Positions 1 through 8,718 of a stretch of 64,000 bases of DNA are shown here, in pieces. The notes below the pieces were generated by a model. That model was not told the origin of the DNA. It saw only the letters and a program-made list of their open reading frames with translations, and made no database searches. The position numbers and the translations under genes were made by a program. The stretch is from positions 62,001 to 126,000 of IMG/VR virus record IMGVR_UViG_3300043426_000266. One strand, given 5' to 3'. Within the stretch, counting starts at the first letter, position 1. Each line of letters starts with the position of its first letter.

Positions 1-146
1 ACAGTTTTTGTATTATAAACATCATATTCCAACTCTTCAACCGAAATAACTTCAATTGCTTTAGCGGTTGGGGATAAGATATCTTTTAACCCCCGATTTT
101 TTACTGCGTCAGTTTTAATACTGTGTCGTAATTGCGGCATCAACAT
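1..146 (-). CDS. 5' part (truncated by window edge) of a putative tail-fibre/virion protein, paralogue of 19755..21191
   Basis: Manual translation MLMPQLRHSIKTDAVKNRGLKDILSPTAKAIEVISVEELEYDVYNTKTV aligns with the 19755 N-terminus (MPSLRRSIKADVSKNKSLKDILPSTVDALEVLSVEELDYHTYNTKTI). AGGAG RBS upstream. Confidence 0.8.
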   Translation of the reverse strand, partial: MLMPQLRHSIKTDAVKNRGLKDILSPTAKAIEVISVEELEYDVYNTKT

Positions 147-155
147 ATCGTACTC

Positions 156-677
156 CTAGTTTGAAAAAGCAACTACTGTAAAAGAGTAGTTACCATCTTG
201 GTCAAGAACGGGTCTTTTTACAGTCATTTTTAAATTACCCTTTTCGGCAACTCGAATAGATGAATAATTTTCTTCATCAGCCGTCCAAAGGATAAATTTA
301 AATTTATCCTTATACCACTCTAATGTCTGTAAAGCGATGCCTTGACCTCGAGCGTCTTCGCTCACGTAGATACCACTTAACCGATAATAATCGTTTAGCG
401 GAGATAGCATGTTAATATCATATTCTTCAGGTGTAACTTTTCTAGGAAAGCTTAGTGCAACTAATTTGTTGTCTTCATTATAAACTTTTAAGAATCCTAA
501 TAAATCAAAACCATTTTTATTTTTACTCTTGCTTGACTCATATAAACGATTACGAGTTTGCTCAATCGTATAAGATTTACCAATTGTTCTACCTTCATTA
601 GTAAACGTAGTAGATAACGAATCATGGTACATCTTTACTACGTCTTCATCATATTCAAAATCAATTTTAAATTCCAT
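156..677 (-). CDS. GNAT-family acetyltransferase
   Basis: Acetyl-CoA binding motif IYVSEDARGQGIA, followed by NYSSIRVAEKGN (N..S....EK.G motif B). Confidence 0.85.
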   Translation of the reverse strand: MEFKIDFEYDEDVVKMYHDSLSTTFTNEGRTIGKSYTIEQTRNRLYESSKSKNKNGFDLLGFLKVYNEDNKLVALSFPRKVTPEEYDINMLSPLNDYYRLSGIYVSEDARGQGIALQTLEWYKDKFKFILWTADEENYSSIRVAEKGNLKMTVKRPVLDQDGNYSFTVVAFSN

Positions 678-728
678 TCACGATGCTCCAGCGAGTTCAT
701 ATCTTAACGATTAATTTGTATTTAATTA

Positions 729-750
729 CAGATATATATTATTTAAATGA
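729..750 (+). promoter_or_regulatory. phage early (virion RNAP) promoter motif
   Basis: CAGATATATATTATTTAAATGA; one of 11 copies; contains the phiKZ-type TATATTA(C/T) core. Confidence 0.7.
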
Positions 751-779
751 GTACAACCCTTCTATTAAGGATTATCAGG

Positions 780-1391
780 ATGTCAACAAAACCGTCACTT
801 ATCAAATTACGTTCAATTGAAACATTATTGGATACTATTCTAAGCGGGAATATTTATAAACAAGCAGTTATCCCTCTGCTTTATGGTGAAGTAACTGGGG
901 TTAATGATTACACAATAACTGTTCAACATTTGAATAAAACATTTAAACTTCGTACTGATACTATTATTGGTACTGACATGGATAAATTCATTGAACTACT
1001 TCGGTCTCAAGTAGGTGCTTATGGCCGTGCCGGTGCAGATGTGTTTAAAGACCTAACCGACATCAATTCTTTAGAGCTTGCTTTGACGACTGAGAACACG
1101 TTTGCTCGTGGCGGCATTATCTGCACAAGTCGTAAGATTAGTAATGTAGGTGAAGACGGCACGCCAATGATCATGGAATACCGTTTAAATAGCAAGCTTG
1201 TTTTGGTGAATAAAGAAGTTGTGACGCGAGACCCTGACGAGATGTTTGTTTTCCTAGGTTCGTTAGCACGTCGATACTCAATCAACATGCAACGTCCAGA
1301 TGCAAACTGGCACAAAGATGAAGATGAACCAAAGAAAGAAGTTAAACTTAAATCAGGTAGTAACAGCACTCGCCTTACACTTTATGTGTGA
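780..1391 (+). CDS. hypothetical early protein
   Basis: ORF track 747..1391. The ATG at 747 lies inside the promoter motif; the ATG at 780 follows an ATTATCAGGA leader. Confidence 0.75.
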   Translation: MSTKPSLIKLRSIETLLDTILSGNIYKQAVIPLLYGEVTGVNDYTITVQHLNKTFKLRTDTIIGTDMDKFIELLRSQVGAYGRAGADVFKDLTDINSLELALTTENTFARGGIICTSRKISNVGEDGTPMIMEYRLNSKLVLVNKEVVTRDPDEMFVFLGSLARRYSINMQRPDANWHKDEDEPKKEVKLKSGSNSTRLTLYV

Positions 1392-1465
1392 ATACGGTCG
1401 CCGCCTTGGCAGCGGCAATGGTCGCAGGTTCGGCAACTGAGGCCGCTACAGCTAAAGAATAATCC

Positions 1466-1490
1466 AGAGGGGGCAATTGCCCCCTCTTTC
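1466..1490 (+). terminator. intrinsic terminator (perfect palindrome)
   Basis: AGAGGGGGC-AATT-GCCCCCTCT followed by TTC. Confidence 0.7.
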
Positions 1491-1520
1491 TCAACTTTAT
1501 ATTATCAAAAGGTATTCGTT

Positions 1521-1940
1521 ATGCAATTCGATAGAATAGTTATGTTCCCAAGTATTCCTAAGAAAAAGAAAGTTAACCTCGAAACAACACGTTTTAAACG
1601 GGAAAGCAAAACCAACTATGGTGACCGTCACCCAAAACAAATTGCTAATATACTTGCATCACGTTTACATGGTGATATCCTTAATCAGTTATATAAAGGC
1701 GAAGACCCCATTACATGTGAACCTGTTGTGCTTGGTGGCTGTATATCACGGGATGGGTTATTAAATTCTTTGCCAAAGGATAGTTATCAACGTAATGCAA
1801 TGTCAGGATGCTCTTTATCGAAAGATAAATGGTTTCATCACTACGCTGCATATATTGATTTACCTCAAACAATTCATCGACCAGAACCTTTAGTCAAATC
1901 TTGCGGTATCAAACCAGTTGAGTTTAAATATGACATCTAA
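1521..1940 (+). CDS. hypothetical protein
   Basis: 139-aa ORF with an ATTATCAAAAGGT leader; no recognisable motif. Confidence 0.7.
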   Translation: MQFDRIVMFPSIPKKKKVNLETTRFKRESKTNYGDRHPKQIANILASRLHGDILNQLYKGEDPITCEPVVLGGCISRDGLLNSLPKDSYQRNAMSGCSLSKDKWFHHYAAYIDLPQTIHRPEPLVKSCGIKPVEFKYDI

Positions 1941-2760
1941 GACTTTAGAAAATCTAGCAGAACTAATCCCACCTATTTACGAGGTGGGGTTTAGTAGCTT
2001 TGGGTTAGATAAACTCTTTCCCAAAGCACTTATTCAAAATGGGTGGAAAAGAACTCCGTTAACGGAGTTCAATCCAATGCTGTTACCGGATGGTCGTTAT
2101 GTGTTTAACTCCAAAGATACTGGCGCTAAACATAATGGTGAAGATGACTTCGGTATCCTTCTTTATAAACTCAATGGTATCTTCTTGTTTAGTGTCATAG
2201 TTTTTGAAACACCACATCAATATTCACGATATCAATCGAACCATTGGGAATGGTATAGCAATAGTATTGATGAAGAACAAATTCGTAATATCATTGCACA
2301 TTACTCTAACACTCCGGCGATTGATGGGTACACCCATTACAAAGCGTTAAAAACAACTTTCAATTTCTGTGTTAGACTTGAAAATAAACGTCGTTTTATT
2401 TACATGTTAGCTTGTAATGTTGATAGTGAAATTCGTAACAAACTACTAGAAGGTATCAAAACATTAGATGTTGTGACGATTAATGCGCGTGAAGATTATA
2501 CCCCAGGTATTTATAAACTAGAAACTGCTGAACAAGCATCAATCTGGTTTGTGGATAAGAATGATAAAGGGTTCGCTCTTGTTGTTCACCACGATAAACT
2601 TTATGATCAGCTTATTGCCGTCACAGGGGACTGTGACCATAAAGAACATTTTAAACAAACTATTGAGACGATAATCGAACGTCCTTTGACAGTTAATGAA
2701 AATGATATCATTAACTTGTTTAAACATATCAACCGTTTTCAACACATCACAAAGTTCTAA
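1918..2760 (+). CDS. hypothetical protein
   Basis: 280-aa ORF in operon; start may be ATG 1930. Confidence 0.75.
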   Translation: MSLNMTSKTLENLAELIPPIYEVGFSSFGLDKLFPKALIQNGWKRTPLTEFNPMLLPDGRYVFNSKDTGAKHNGEDDFGILLYKLNGIFLFSVIVFETPHQYSRYQSNHWEWYSNSIDEEQIRNIIAHYSNTPAIDGYTHYKALKTTFNFCVRLENKRRFIYMLACNVDSEIRNKLLEGIKTLDVVTINAREDYTPGIYKLETAEQASIWFVDKNDKGFALVVHHDKLYDQLIAVTGDCDHKEHFKQTIETIIERPLTVNENDIINLFKHINRFQHITKF

Positions 2761-2768
2761 GGAATGAC

Positions 2769-3806
2769 ATGAAACATTATTCATATCCATCCATACCTCA
2801 ACTAAATATTTTGTTGAGTGATATACGTCATCATACTCGCTATGTAGGTCAGAACCCTGATACAGGTAAAGCGATGTACGATAACAACAAACCTTTACCA
2901 AAGGTAATGTTAGAAGGTACAGTTAAGATCAACGGAGCGAACTGTTCTGTGGTCCTTGATAAAGAAGGTAACTGTTATCCACAATCTCGTGAGATAGTTC
3001 TCACAGAGGAAGATACCTGTTACGGTTTCTATCATTGGTTCCAAGAACATAAAGAAGTTCTTCGGGAACGTTTGGATAAATACCTGCGCGGTACTCGTGA
3101 TGGAGTCAAAGCCGTTGTAGTTTATGGTGAATGGTGTGGTGAAGAAATTGCGGGGAAGGTTGCGGTTCGACAATTGAGCAAACGTTGGGTTGTGTTTGAC
3201 GTTCGCCACATTGATGAAACCTATGAGAATGGTGGCACTGGATTCTTAGACTGTGATCTCAGTGAATTACTCCATCTTCCTGAAATTGACATGTACGACA
3301 TCAAAACCTTTGGTACTTACCATATTGAAGTTGATGTAGGTAATGCAGTCATGATTCAAAACCAACTGGTAGAATACACTCAGAAGGTTGAAGAAGAATG
3401 TCCTGTAGGTAAATACTTTGGGGTGAACGGGACAGGTGAAGGACTTGTCTGGTCAATCATGTATGGTGGTAAGAAGTTGCGTATGAAAGTTAAAGGTGCG
3501 AAACATTCTTCTACTAAAGTGAAAGTTCTAGCACCTGTCGATATGCAGAAAGTAAATTCGGTGAATGAGTTTATCGAATATGCATTTACTGACAACCGTA
3601 TGGAACAAGGTATCAATTGGATGCGTCAACACAACATTTCAATTAGTGTTGAAAACACTGGTAAATTTCTCGCCTGGGTCTTTAAGGATGTGCTTAAAGA
3701 AGAAACAGCAACAATGGAAAAGAACGGTCTTACTACCAAAGATATTCAATATCGTGGTAACTTGGTCGTTCGTGAATATTACATGAAACAAATTGGGGAA
3801 TACTAA
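2769..3806 (+). CDS. RNA ligase, Rnl2-like (ATP-dependent nucleotidyltransferase)
   Basis: Motif I KINGAN, III YGEWCG, IIIa VFDV, IV GEGLVW, V KVKG. Confidence 0.85.
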   Translation: MKHYSYPSIPQLNILLSDIRHHTRYVGQNPDTGKAMYDNNKPLPKVMLEGTVKINGANCSVVLDKEGNCYPQSREIVLTEEDTCYGFYHWFQEHKEVLRERLDKYLRGTRDGVKAVVVYGEWCGEEIAGKVAVRQLSKRWVVFDVRHIDETYENGGTGFLDCDLSELLHLPEIDMYDIKTFGTYHIEVDVGNAVMIQNQLVEYTQKVEEECPVGKYFGVNGTGEGLVWSIMYGGKKLRMKVKGAKHSSTKVKVLAPVDMQKVNSVNEFIEYAFTDNRMEQGINWMRQHNISISVENTGKFLAWVFKDVLKEETATMEKNGLTTKDIQYRGNLVVREYYMKQIGEY

Positions 3807-4315
3807 TGGAAGGTTTTATTCTAGTACAATTACACGAAACTGTTGTAGATAAATGTACCAATGTTGACGGTATGTATCTTGCCTATCCAGATGTCGAACT
3901 TGCCAACTTCTATGTTAATGCAGATGGAGAAGGTTATTGGGTAACACCTAAAGTATTAACTGCTCTCATTGGTCGTCGTATTAATGGTATTTCGATTGAT
4001 AATAAGTTGATTGTGCCGTGGTTACCTGAATATTTATTTAGTGTGCGACTAGAATCACTTATTCATGTTTTAGAAAGTGTACCTGGTTTCCTAGATTATA
4101 AAAAAGAATCCCATCAATTAAAATTGGATGTCGGACGAGGTTTGATTACACTCGGTAATTACGGAGTTTTGAAAACCACAACTGATACTGATCTAACTTG
4201 GCACAATGTTCCAACCCTCGCAGATACACAGTTTGCTATTGCTGGTAACACCAGTCAACTTCAGTATTCGTTAATTCGTCACGGTGATCGAATCTGGGAG
4301 TTAAAAGTTGTATAG
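3806..4315 (+). CDS. hypothetical protein
   Basis: 169-aa ORF translationally coupled to the ligase (TAATG overlap). Confidence 0.75.
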   Translation: MEGFILVQLHETVVDKCTNVDGMYLAYPDVELANFYVNADGEGYWVTPKVLTALIGRRINGISIDNKLIVPWLPEYLFSVRLESLIHVLESVPGFLDYKKESHQLKLDVGRGLITLGNYGVLKTTTDTDLTWHNVPTLADTQFAIAGNTSQLQYSLIRHGDRIWELKVV

Positions 4316-4502
4316 TGTTGAGAAAGAGAAAGAAATTAAATCCCTGTCTGTAAAGGATGCAGTGGAATATTTCGTTGGTCGAGACCTGCGTTTACACATG
4401 CTTAAACCTGAGGAACTTAATGCGCTGACTTATTGGAAAGCAAGACATTATGGTTTCTTAGAGATTGTGTTGCATCATAAGTCTCAGCAACACGAGCGTT
4501 AA
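4308..4502 (+). CDS. hypothetical small protein
   Basis: 64-aa ORF, TTG start, overlaps the upstream stop. Confidence 0.55.
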   Translation: MYSVEKEKEIKSLSVKDAVEYFVGRDLRLHMLKPEELNALTYWKARHYGFLEIVLHHKSQQHER

Positions 4503-4515
4503 TTCCAAATCCTTT

Positions 4516-4537
4516 CAAACATATATTATCAACATGT
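4516..4537 (+). promoter_or_regulatory. early promoter motif variant
   Basis: CAAACATATATTATCAACATGT matches the 22-nt consensus. Confidence 0.55.
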
Positions 4538-4599
4538 AGAGAGTGATAACTATATTACTCTCTCTATTAACTTTTATTTATCAAAATAGGATATACCTC

Positions 4600-5106
4600 A
4601 TGATCGCTTCTAACGCAAAATCAGATTTAACAATTAAGAACATAAACGAAAGCATCTTAACGAATGTTGATAAGCTATCATGTGCTGACATTCAAAATGC
4701 ACAACGTGTTTTGAGCCGCACACTACATCGCATTGAGCGTGTGGCTACATGGCAAACGGATGTTGCTAAATTAGTCAAAAGTTTTAAAAGCAGCAATGCA
4801 CGATCTCAGGCACAACAGCTAATCATTGAATTGGATATGGTGCTCACTGATAGTGGTCATCGTGATCTTCTATTTAAAGAAGGTATCGTTGAACGTTACA
4901 AAAATCTTGTCTCAGATATCTGTAAAGATGGTGATGCAGGGTTTAGTAAAGAAGCTGTACAAACTGCATTGGATGAAGTTGGTCTTCTACTCAAAGTAGA
5001 ATTACCACCTGAGCCAAATGCTTGGCAAATAACTAAAGCATGGTTCTCTAACCTATGGGCAAATGCTGCCGCAACAGGTGGCACAGACGGTTTAACATCA
5101 AAGTAA
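4600..5106 (+). CDS. hypothetical helical protein
   Basis: ORF track 4543..5106. The ATG at 4600 follows a TTATCAAAATAGGA leader. Confidence 0.75.
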   Translation: MIASNAKSDLTIKNINESILTNVDKLSCADIQNAQRVLSRTLHRIERVATWQTDVAKLVKSFKSSNARSQAQQLIIELDMVLTDSGHRDLLFKEGIVERYKNLVSDICKDGDAGFSKEAVQTALDEVGLLLKVELPPEPNAWQITKAWFSNLWANAAATGGTDGLTSK

Positions 5107-5141
5107 ATAAGAGGGGCTTAGCCCCTCTTATTTTTTTTTTT
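5107..5141 (+). terminator. intrinsic terminator
   Basis: ATAAGAGGGGC-TTA-GCCCCTCTTAT followed by a long T tract. Confidence 0.85.
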
Positions 5142-5177
5142 AGTTTTCTTATGAATAATTAATCCTGGTAGTATATA

Positions 5178-5756
5178 ATGAAATCAGCTTTTCAAATAGC
5201 GATGGAAGGTGCCTCACCCGATGGCGTTAAACACATCGAACGCGAAATAACACTGTATGTTCTGCTTCATGATATACAGGATATTAAAACCATTGCGGAG
5301 TCTCAAGAAACTCACGAACAATGGAACGTAAAAACCGATGACGACAACATTAGAATGAGAATTCGATTGACCGATGAAGTCGAGTACTCAGCAACCACAA
5401 AAGAAAAAACAAAGGATCAGTTTGCAGTAATTGAAACAGAACAACTGGTTAGTCGAGACTTCTTTGAAGCATTGAAAAAGATGTCTAAAGGGGGATACAA
5501 GAAAACTCGTTACAACATCCCAATTGAGGGTACTGATAATAAATTTGAAGTGGATGTTTTTAAAACATCGTCTGGTGAGAATAGTTTATGGGTCAAAGTT
5601 GATTATGAGTTTGATCGTAGTCAATCCAAGCTACCGGAGTTACCATTTGAATATAAGGAGATGATTGTTCCGGATTTACAAGATGGGTACAAAGAAGAAA
5701 TTGATCGCCTTTGGAATAAAGAATGGATGAAACTCGATGGCTATGAAGAAACCTAA
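5178..5756 (+). CDS. CYTH-like (triphosphate tunnel metalloenzyme) protein, with possible AME propeptide
   Basis: IERE N-terminal ExE, RMRIR, IETE, KTRY, FEVDVF, VDYEF follow the CYTH motif order. Begins MKSAFQIAME|G. Confidence 0.65.
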   Translation: MKSAFQIAMEGASPDGVKHIEREITLYVLLHDIQDIKTIAESQETHEQWNVKTDDDNIRMRIRLTDEVEYSATTKEKTKDQFAVIETEQLVSRDFFEALKKMSKGGYKKTRYNIPIEGTDNKFEVDVFKTSSGENSLWVKVDYEFDRSQSKLPELPFEYKEMIVPDLQDGYKEEIDRLWNKEWMKLDGYEET

Positions 5757-6165
5757 TGAGCTATACGCGATTACCGAACTTACCTATCGTGATAATGTTC
5801 ATCGGCCTAAACCTCGACCTGTGTTAGGTAGTTCGGAATTATTTAGTCGAATCACGTTTGCTGAAGATGCTCAAACCGCTTTGATGCTCACACTACCCAA
5901 CCTAAGGTTTCTTGAGTTTAAGAAGTTGAGGTTTCAAGTATGGAAACTTCAACTAGGTTTAAATTCCAAGGTACTAACACCAATGCAAGTTAGTCGGCGT
6001 TACAGTTTACCTCATGCGTTTAAGTATGGCGAGTGGGTTTCTTTTCGTAATCAGCGATTGGAGAAAGATGAGGTCATTACAATCACTCAATCAACTCCAT
6101 TCGAAGATATTGTTGAAACAGCTAATGGCGTTGAGAAGATCATTTCTAGAAAATACCTGTTTTAA
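5737..6165 (+). CDS. hypothetical protein
   Basis: 142-aa ORF overlapping the CYTH gene end. Confidence 0.7.
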   Translation: MAMKKPNELYAITELTYRDNVHRPKPRPVLGSSELFSRITFAEDAQTALMLTLPNLRFLEFKKLRFQVWKLQLGLNSKVLTPMQVSRRYSLPHAFKYGEWVSFRNQRLEKDEVITITQSTPFEDIVETANGVEKIISRKYLF

Positions 6166-6191
6166 AAAGGAGGGGCTAACCCCTCCTTTTT
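6164..6191. terminator. bidirectional terminator
   Basis: AAAAAGGAGGGG-CTAA-CCCCTCCTTTTT between convergent genes. Confidence 0.85.
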
Positions 6192-6192
6192 C

Positions 6193-6819
6193 TTACGGCA
6201 ATAAACCATGGACTTCTAATTTACTTACTAGTGCCTGAATCGTTTCTCTTTGTTTTAGATTTGCTGCTTTTAGTTTAGAGATTTCTTCGTTATTACTAAT
6301 TACATCGGGTCGAGATAGATGACGTGTGTTGATGTAGGTTTGATGGTCTGCTGCGGTTGGTTGCATTAACAATGGCGTGGTGTATGGTTTACCAATAGCC
6401 GACATTCCTGTTCTAGATTGTGCCAAGTCTGCTAGATCATCTGCCAAACTATCAAAGGTTTCGGTTTCTGGAAATTGCCCTATACTAACTGCAATAAACA
6501 CCCGATGGTATTTTACTGGAGATAAATCCGGATAACGTTCAATATAGGTATCAGGAACAATTAAACGATTCCCTTGAGTTCCGAGTAACGTTATGAAGAA
6601 GGGGTCTTGTTTCGATTCGATATCCCAATCGAAGCCATTGGTTCCATGGATTAAACCAACTTTAGCATAAATAGCCGTCTTTGCGTCAACCCCGGTTTTA
6701 GCAAGGTCTTGTAACGTTCTAATTGCGGTAACTTCATATTGCTCACCTTGTTCAGTAATCCAAGGGGTCTTTAAAACAAAAATACCTTTCGTTCCAATAG
6801 TTGGGGTTATTTTGGACAT
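6193..6819 (-). CDS. conserved phiKZ-like virion structural protein (gp157-like by synteny)
   Basis: P.IG.KG.F.LK.PW, AIRT..DL, ITL...IVPD.YI..YP pattern as recalled for the virion protein beside RNase H. ATG 6819 with GGAG RBS. Confidence 0.6.
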   Translation of the reverse strand: MSKITPTIGTKGIFVLKTPWITEQGEQYEVTAIRTLQDLAKTGVDAKTAIYAKVGLIHGTNGFDWDIESKQDPFFITLLGTQGNRLIVPDTYIERYPDLSPVKYHRVFIAVSIGQFPETETFDSLADDLADLAQSRTGMSAIGKPYTTPLLMQPTAADHQTYINTRHLSRPDVISNNEEISKLKAANLKQRETIQALVSKLEVHGLLP

Positions 6820-6866
6820 TATTTTCAACTCCTATAATTCATAGGAATAGTTTTAAGGAGAAGCAT

Positions 6867-7148
6867 GTGAATCCAAAGTTCTTAAAATGGGTTTTTCCTA
6901 TTATATTAGAGTTTTTCAAATCAGAAAATAGATTTAAGATTTATCTGAAACGTAACCTTACAATTGCAATTTTGTTTATCTCAATGATTTTAAGTTTATG
7001 TTTTAATTTTTATCTATTCGAACAAGCAACTGTTTACGGAGCAGCAGTAAAGGAAAGAGACATTAAACTTGTTGAGTTAAAAGAGAAAATGTCATCTTGT
7101 TCCAAAGACAGAGAAAAGAATGCAGCATTAGCAGCAACTTGCGGCTAA
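6867..7148 (+). CDS. membrane-anchored coiled-coil protein (gp156-like position)
   Basis: GTG after AAGGAG; one TM segment (LTIAILFISMILSLCFNFYLF) followed by a coiled coil. Confidence 0.6.
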   Translation: MNPKFLKWVFPIILEFFKSENRFKIYLKRNLTIAILFISMILSLCFNFYLFEQATVYGAAVKERDIKLVELKEKMSSCSKDREKNAALAATCG

Positions 7149-7196
7149 ATAAAACGATCATGCTTCTTATTATAGAAGAGAAACCTGGAGTACAAA

Positions 7197-8711
7197 GTGC
7201 GCGTAGCTGATTTTAATCAATTATTTGATGCCGCAGAATGGGAAGTTAGAATAGAAGAACTTCAAACATTAAATGTTAAAGGTGTTTGTTTTTATACCGA
7301 TGGCGGTTTTAGAAAGCAGCAACCTTTACCAAATACCTCATGGGGTATACACGCTTATTTCTACAATGATGAGAAAGCAACCAAAACCTCTCGTTACAAA
7401 CTACACTACCCAACCAAAGAAGGTTATTCTGATTTACCCAAAGAAAAATCTTCAATGGTGAATAGCGTTAAGGTTTGGGATGCTTCTGGGTTAATCTCTT
7501 ATAGTGATGCAACAAACAACATTGCAGAGTTACAAGGGGTAATCTCGGCACTTGAGCTGATTCTCAATACGTCATTAAAAACCATGCTTGAAACAGTTCG
7601 AATCTTTTCTGACTCTGAGTATGTTTTAAATATCAACCATCAGATGAAGAAATGGAAGACAAACGGCTGGAAAAAAAGCAACGGCTTATTGATCTCTAAC
7701 ATTGAGTATTGGAAACACCTTGATCGATTATTTGATCAGCTTGGTGAACATGATATGGAAGTAGTGTTTGAGTGGAGAAAAGGTCATCAGGATTTTGGTA
7801 ATTTAATCGCGGATAAGTTATGTACCTTAGCAATTGAATCTAAGATTGAAGTAAACAAGTTTGTCGATGAAAACTGGTACTTCTCTAACGAGGTTATTAT
7901 TCCGGCGTTGATGCTTGAACAGAAGTATCTTCACTTTCCTGGGTTGGTTGAAAAGTATGACAAATACATTCTTGGTTACTCGCTACTAGACGGTACTATC
8001 CCTGTTTCTATGTTGGGGTGTCGTTTAGCGGACATTTCTTTATCAATCATTGAAGTGGAAGATGAAACCTTTCTTGATAAGTTGAAAATTGTTCACAAAC
8101 AATGTTTAACATTAGAAGAGAGTATTAGCCCAGTGCCAATGGTGGTTGATATTAAAAATGTTCTATCCAATAGTTTTAGTGGGTATTTAGATTCCGGTCT
8201 TGTTGGTAAATTACCGCAGGTATCCGAAATTGATGTCGTAACCATTGAAGACCCTGCCAATGGTCGATCGGTATTTCAAGCGATCTACCCTGCCAGAAAT
8301 AGTTTTAAATTGTTAGATGAATTCGTTGCAGGAGTTCGAACATTAGAACGAGCTGAAGATTTAGAATCGACTCATATTCGTAAAACGGATATTACCGAAC
8401 ATTTCTTTGGGGATGTGACAAAGAAAGATAAAACGTCAAAAGCGTTCTTATTAGCAACTGAAGAGGCTGTTACCATTCCAGTTGATCATTGGGTTGGTGG
8501 TGAGCTAAAAACATCCCCTTGTACTTTAGCCTTTGGGTTAGATTTACCAAGAAAAAGAATATTCTTTAATTTAGTAGACCAGGACGCTACGATTTCCGTA
8601 GTAACAATGGAAACGGCTGACTATTCGTTTAAATACTTTGTGTTAGTCGAAACTGCTAAAGGGCGAGGGTTTTGGTTTAACCCTTATTCTAATAACTGTA
8701 TCTTTCGATAG
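7197..8711 (+). CDS. rnhA: ribonuclease HI with C-terminal extension (phiKZ gp155-like)
   Basis: YTDGG, TNNIAELQG, SDSEYV, WKTNGWKKSNG, WRKGHQDFGNLIADKL. Confidence 0.9.
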   Translation: MRVADFNQLFDAAEWEVRIEELQTLNVKGVCFYTDGGFRKQQPLPNTSWGIHAYFYNDEKATKTSRYKLHYPTKEGYSDLPKEKSSMVNSVKVWDASGLISYSDATNNIAELQGVISALELILNTSLKTMLETVRIFSDSEYVLNINHQMKKWKTNGWKKSNGLLISNIEYWKHLDRLFDQLGEHDMEVVFEWRKGHQDFGNLIADKLCTLAIESKIEVNKFVDENWYFSNEVIIPALMLEQKYLHFPGLVEKYDKYILGYSLLDGTIPVSMLGCRLADISLSIIEVEDETFLDKLKIVHKQCLTLEESISPVPMVVDIKNVLSNSFSGYLDSGLVGKLPQVSEIDVVTIEDPANGRSVFQAIYPARNSFKLLDEFVAGVRTLERAEDLESTHIRKTDITEHFFGDVTKKDKTSKAFLLATEEAVTIPVDHWVGGELKTSPCTLAFGLDLPRKRIFFNLVDQDATISVVTMETADYSFKYFVLVETAKGRGFWFNPYSNNCIFR

Positions 8712-8718
8712 AGGGTTT

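Noticed and set aside
1019-1369. 116-aa minus-strand ORF and other antisense or alternate-frame ORFs inside core genes (e.g. 2539..2901, 17484..17741, 40449..41099, 61463..61774)
   Set aside because: Fully overlapped by better-supported genes; no motifs.
5145-5155. Systematic calling of TATG late promoters after T tracts
   Set aside because: TATG after T tracts recurs (e.g. about 5149, 18564, 46009), but the motif is too short to call individually without TSS data.
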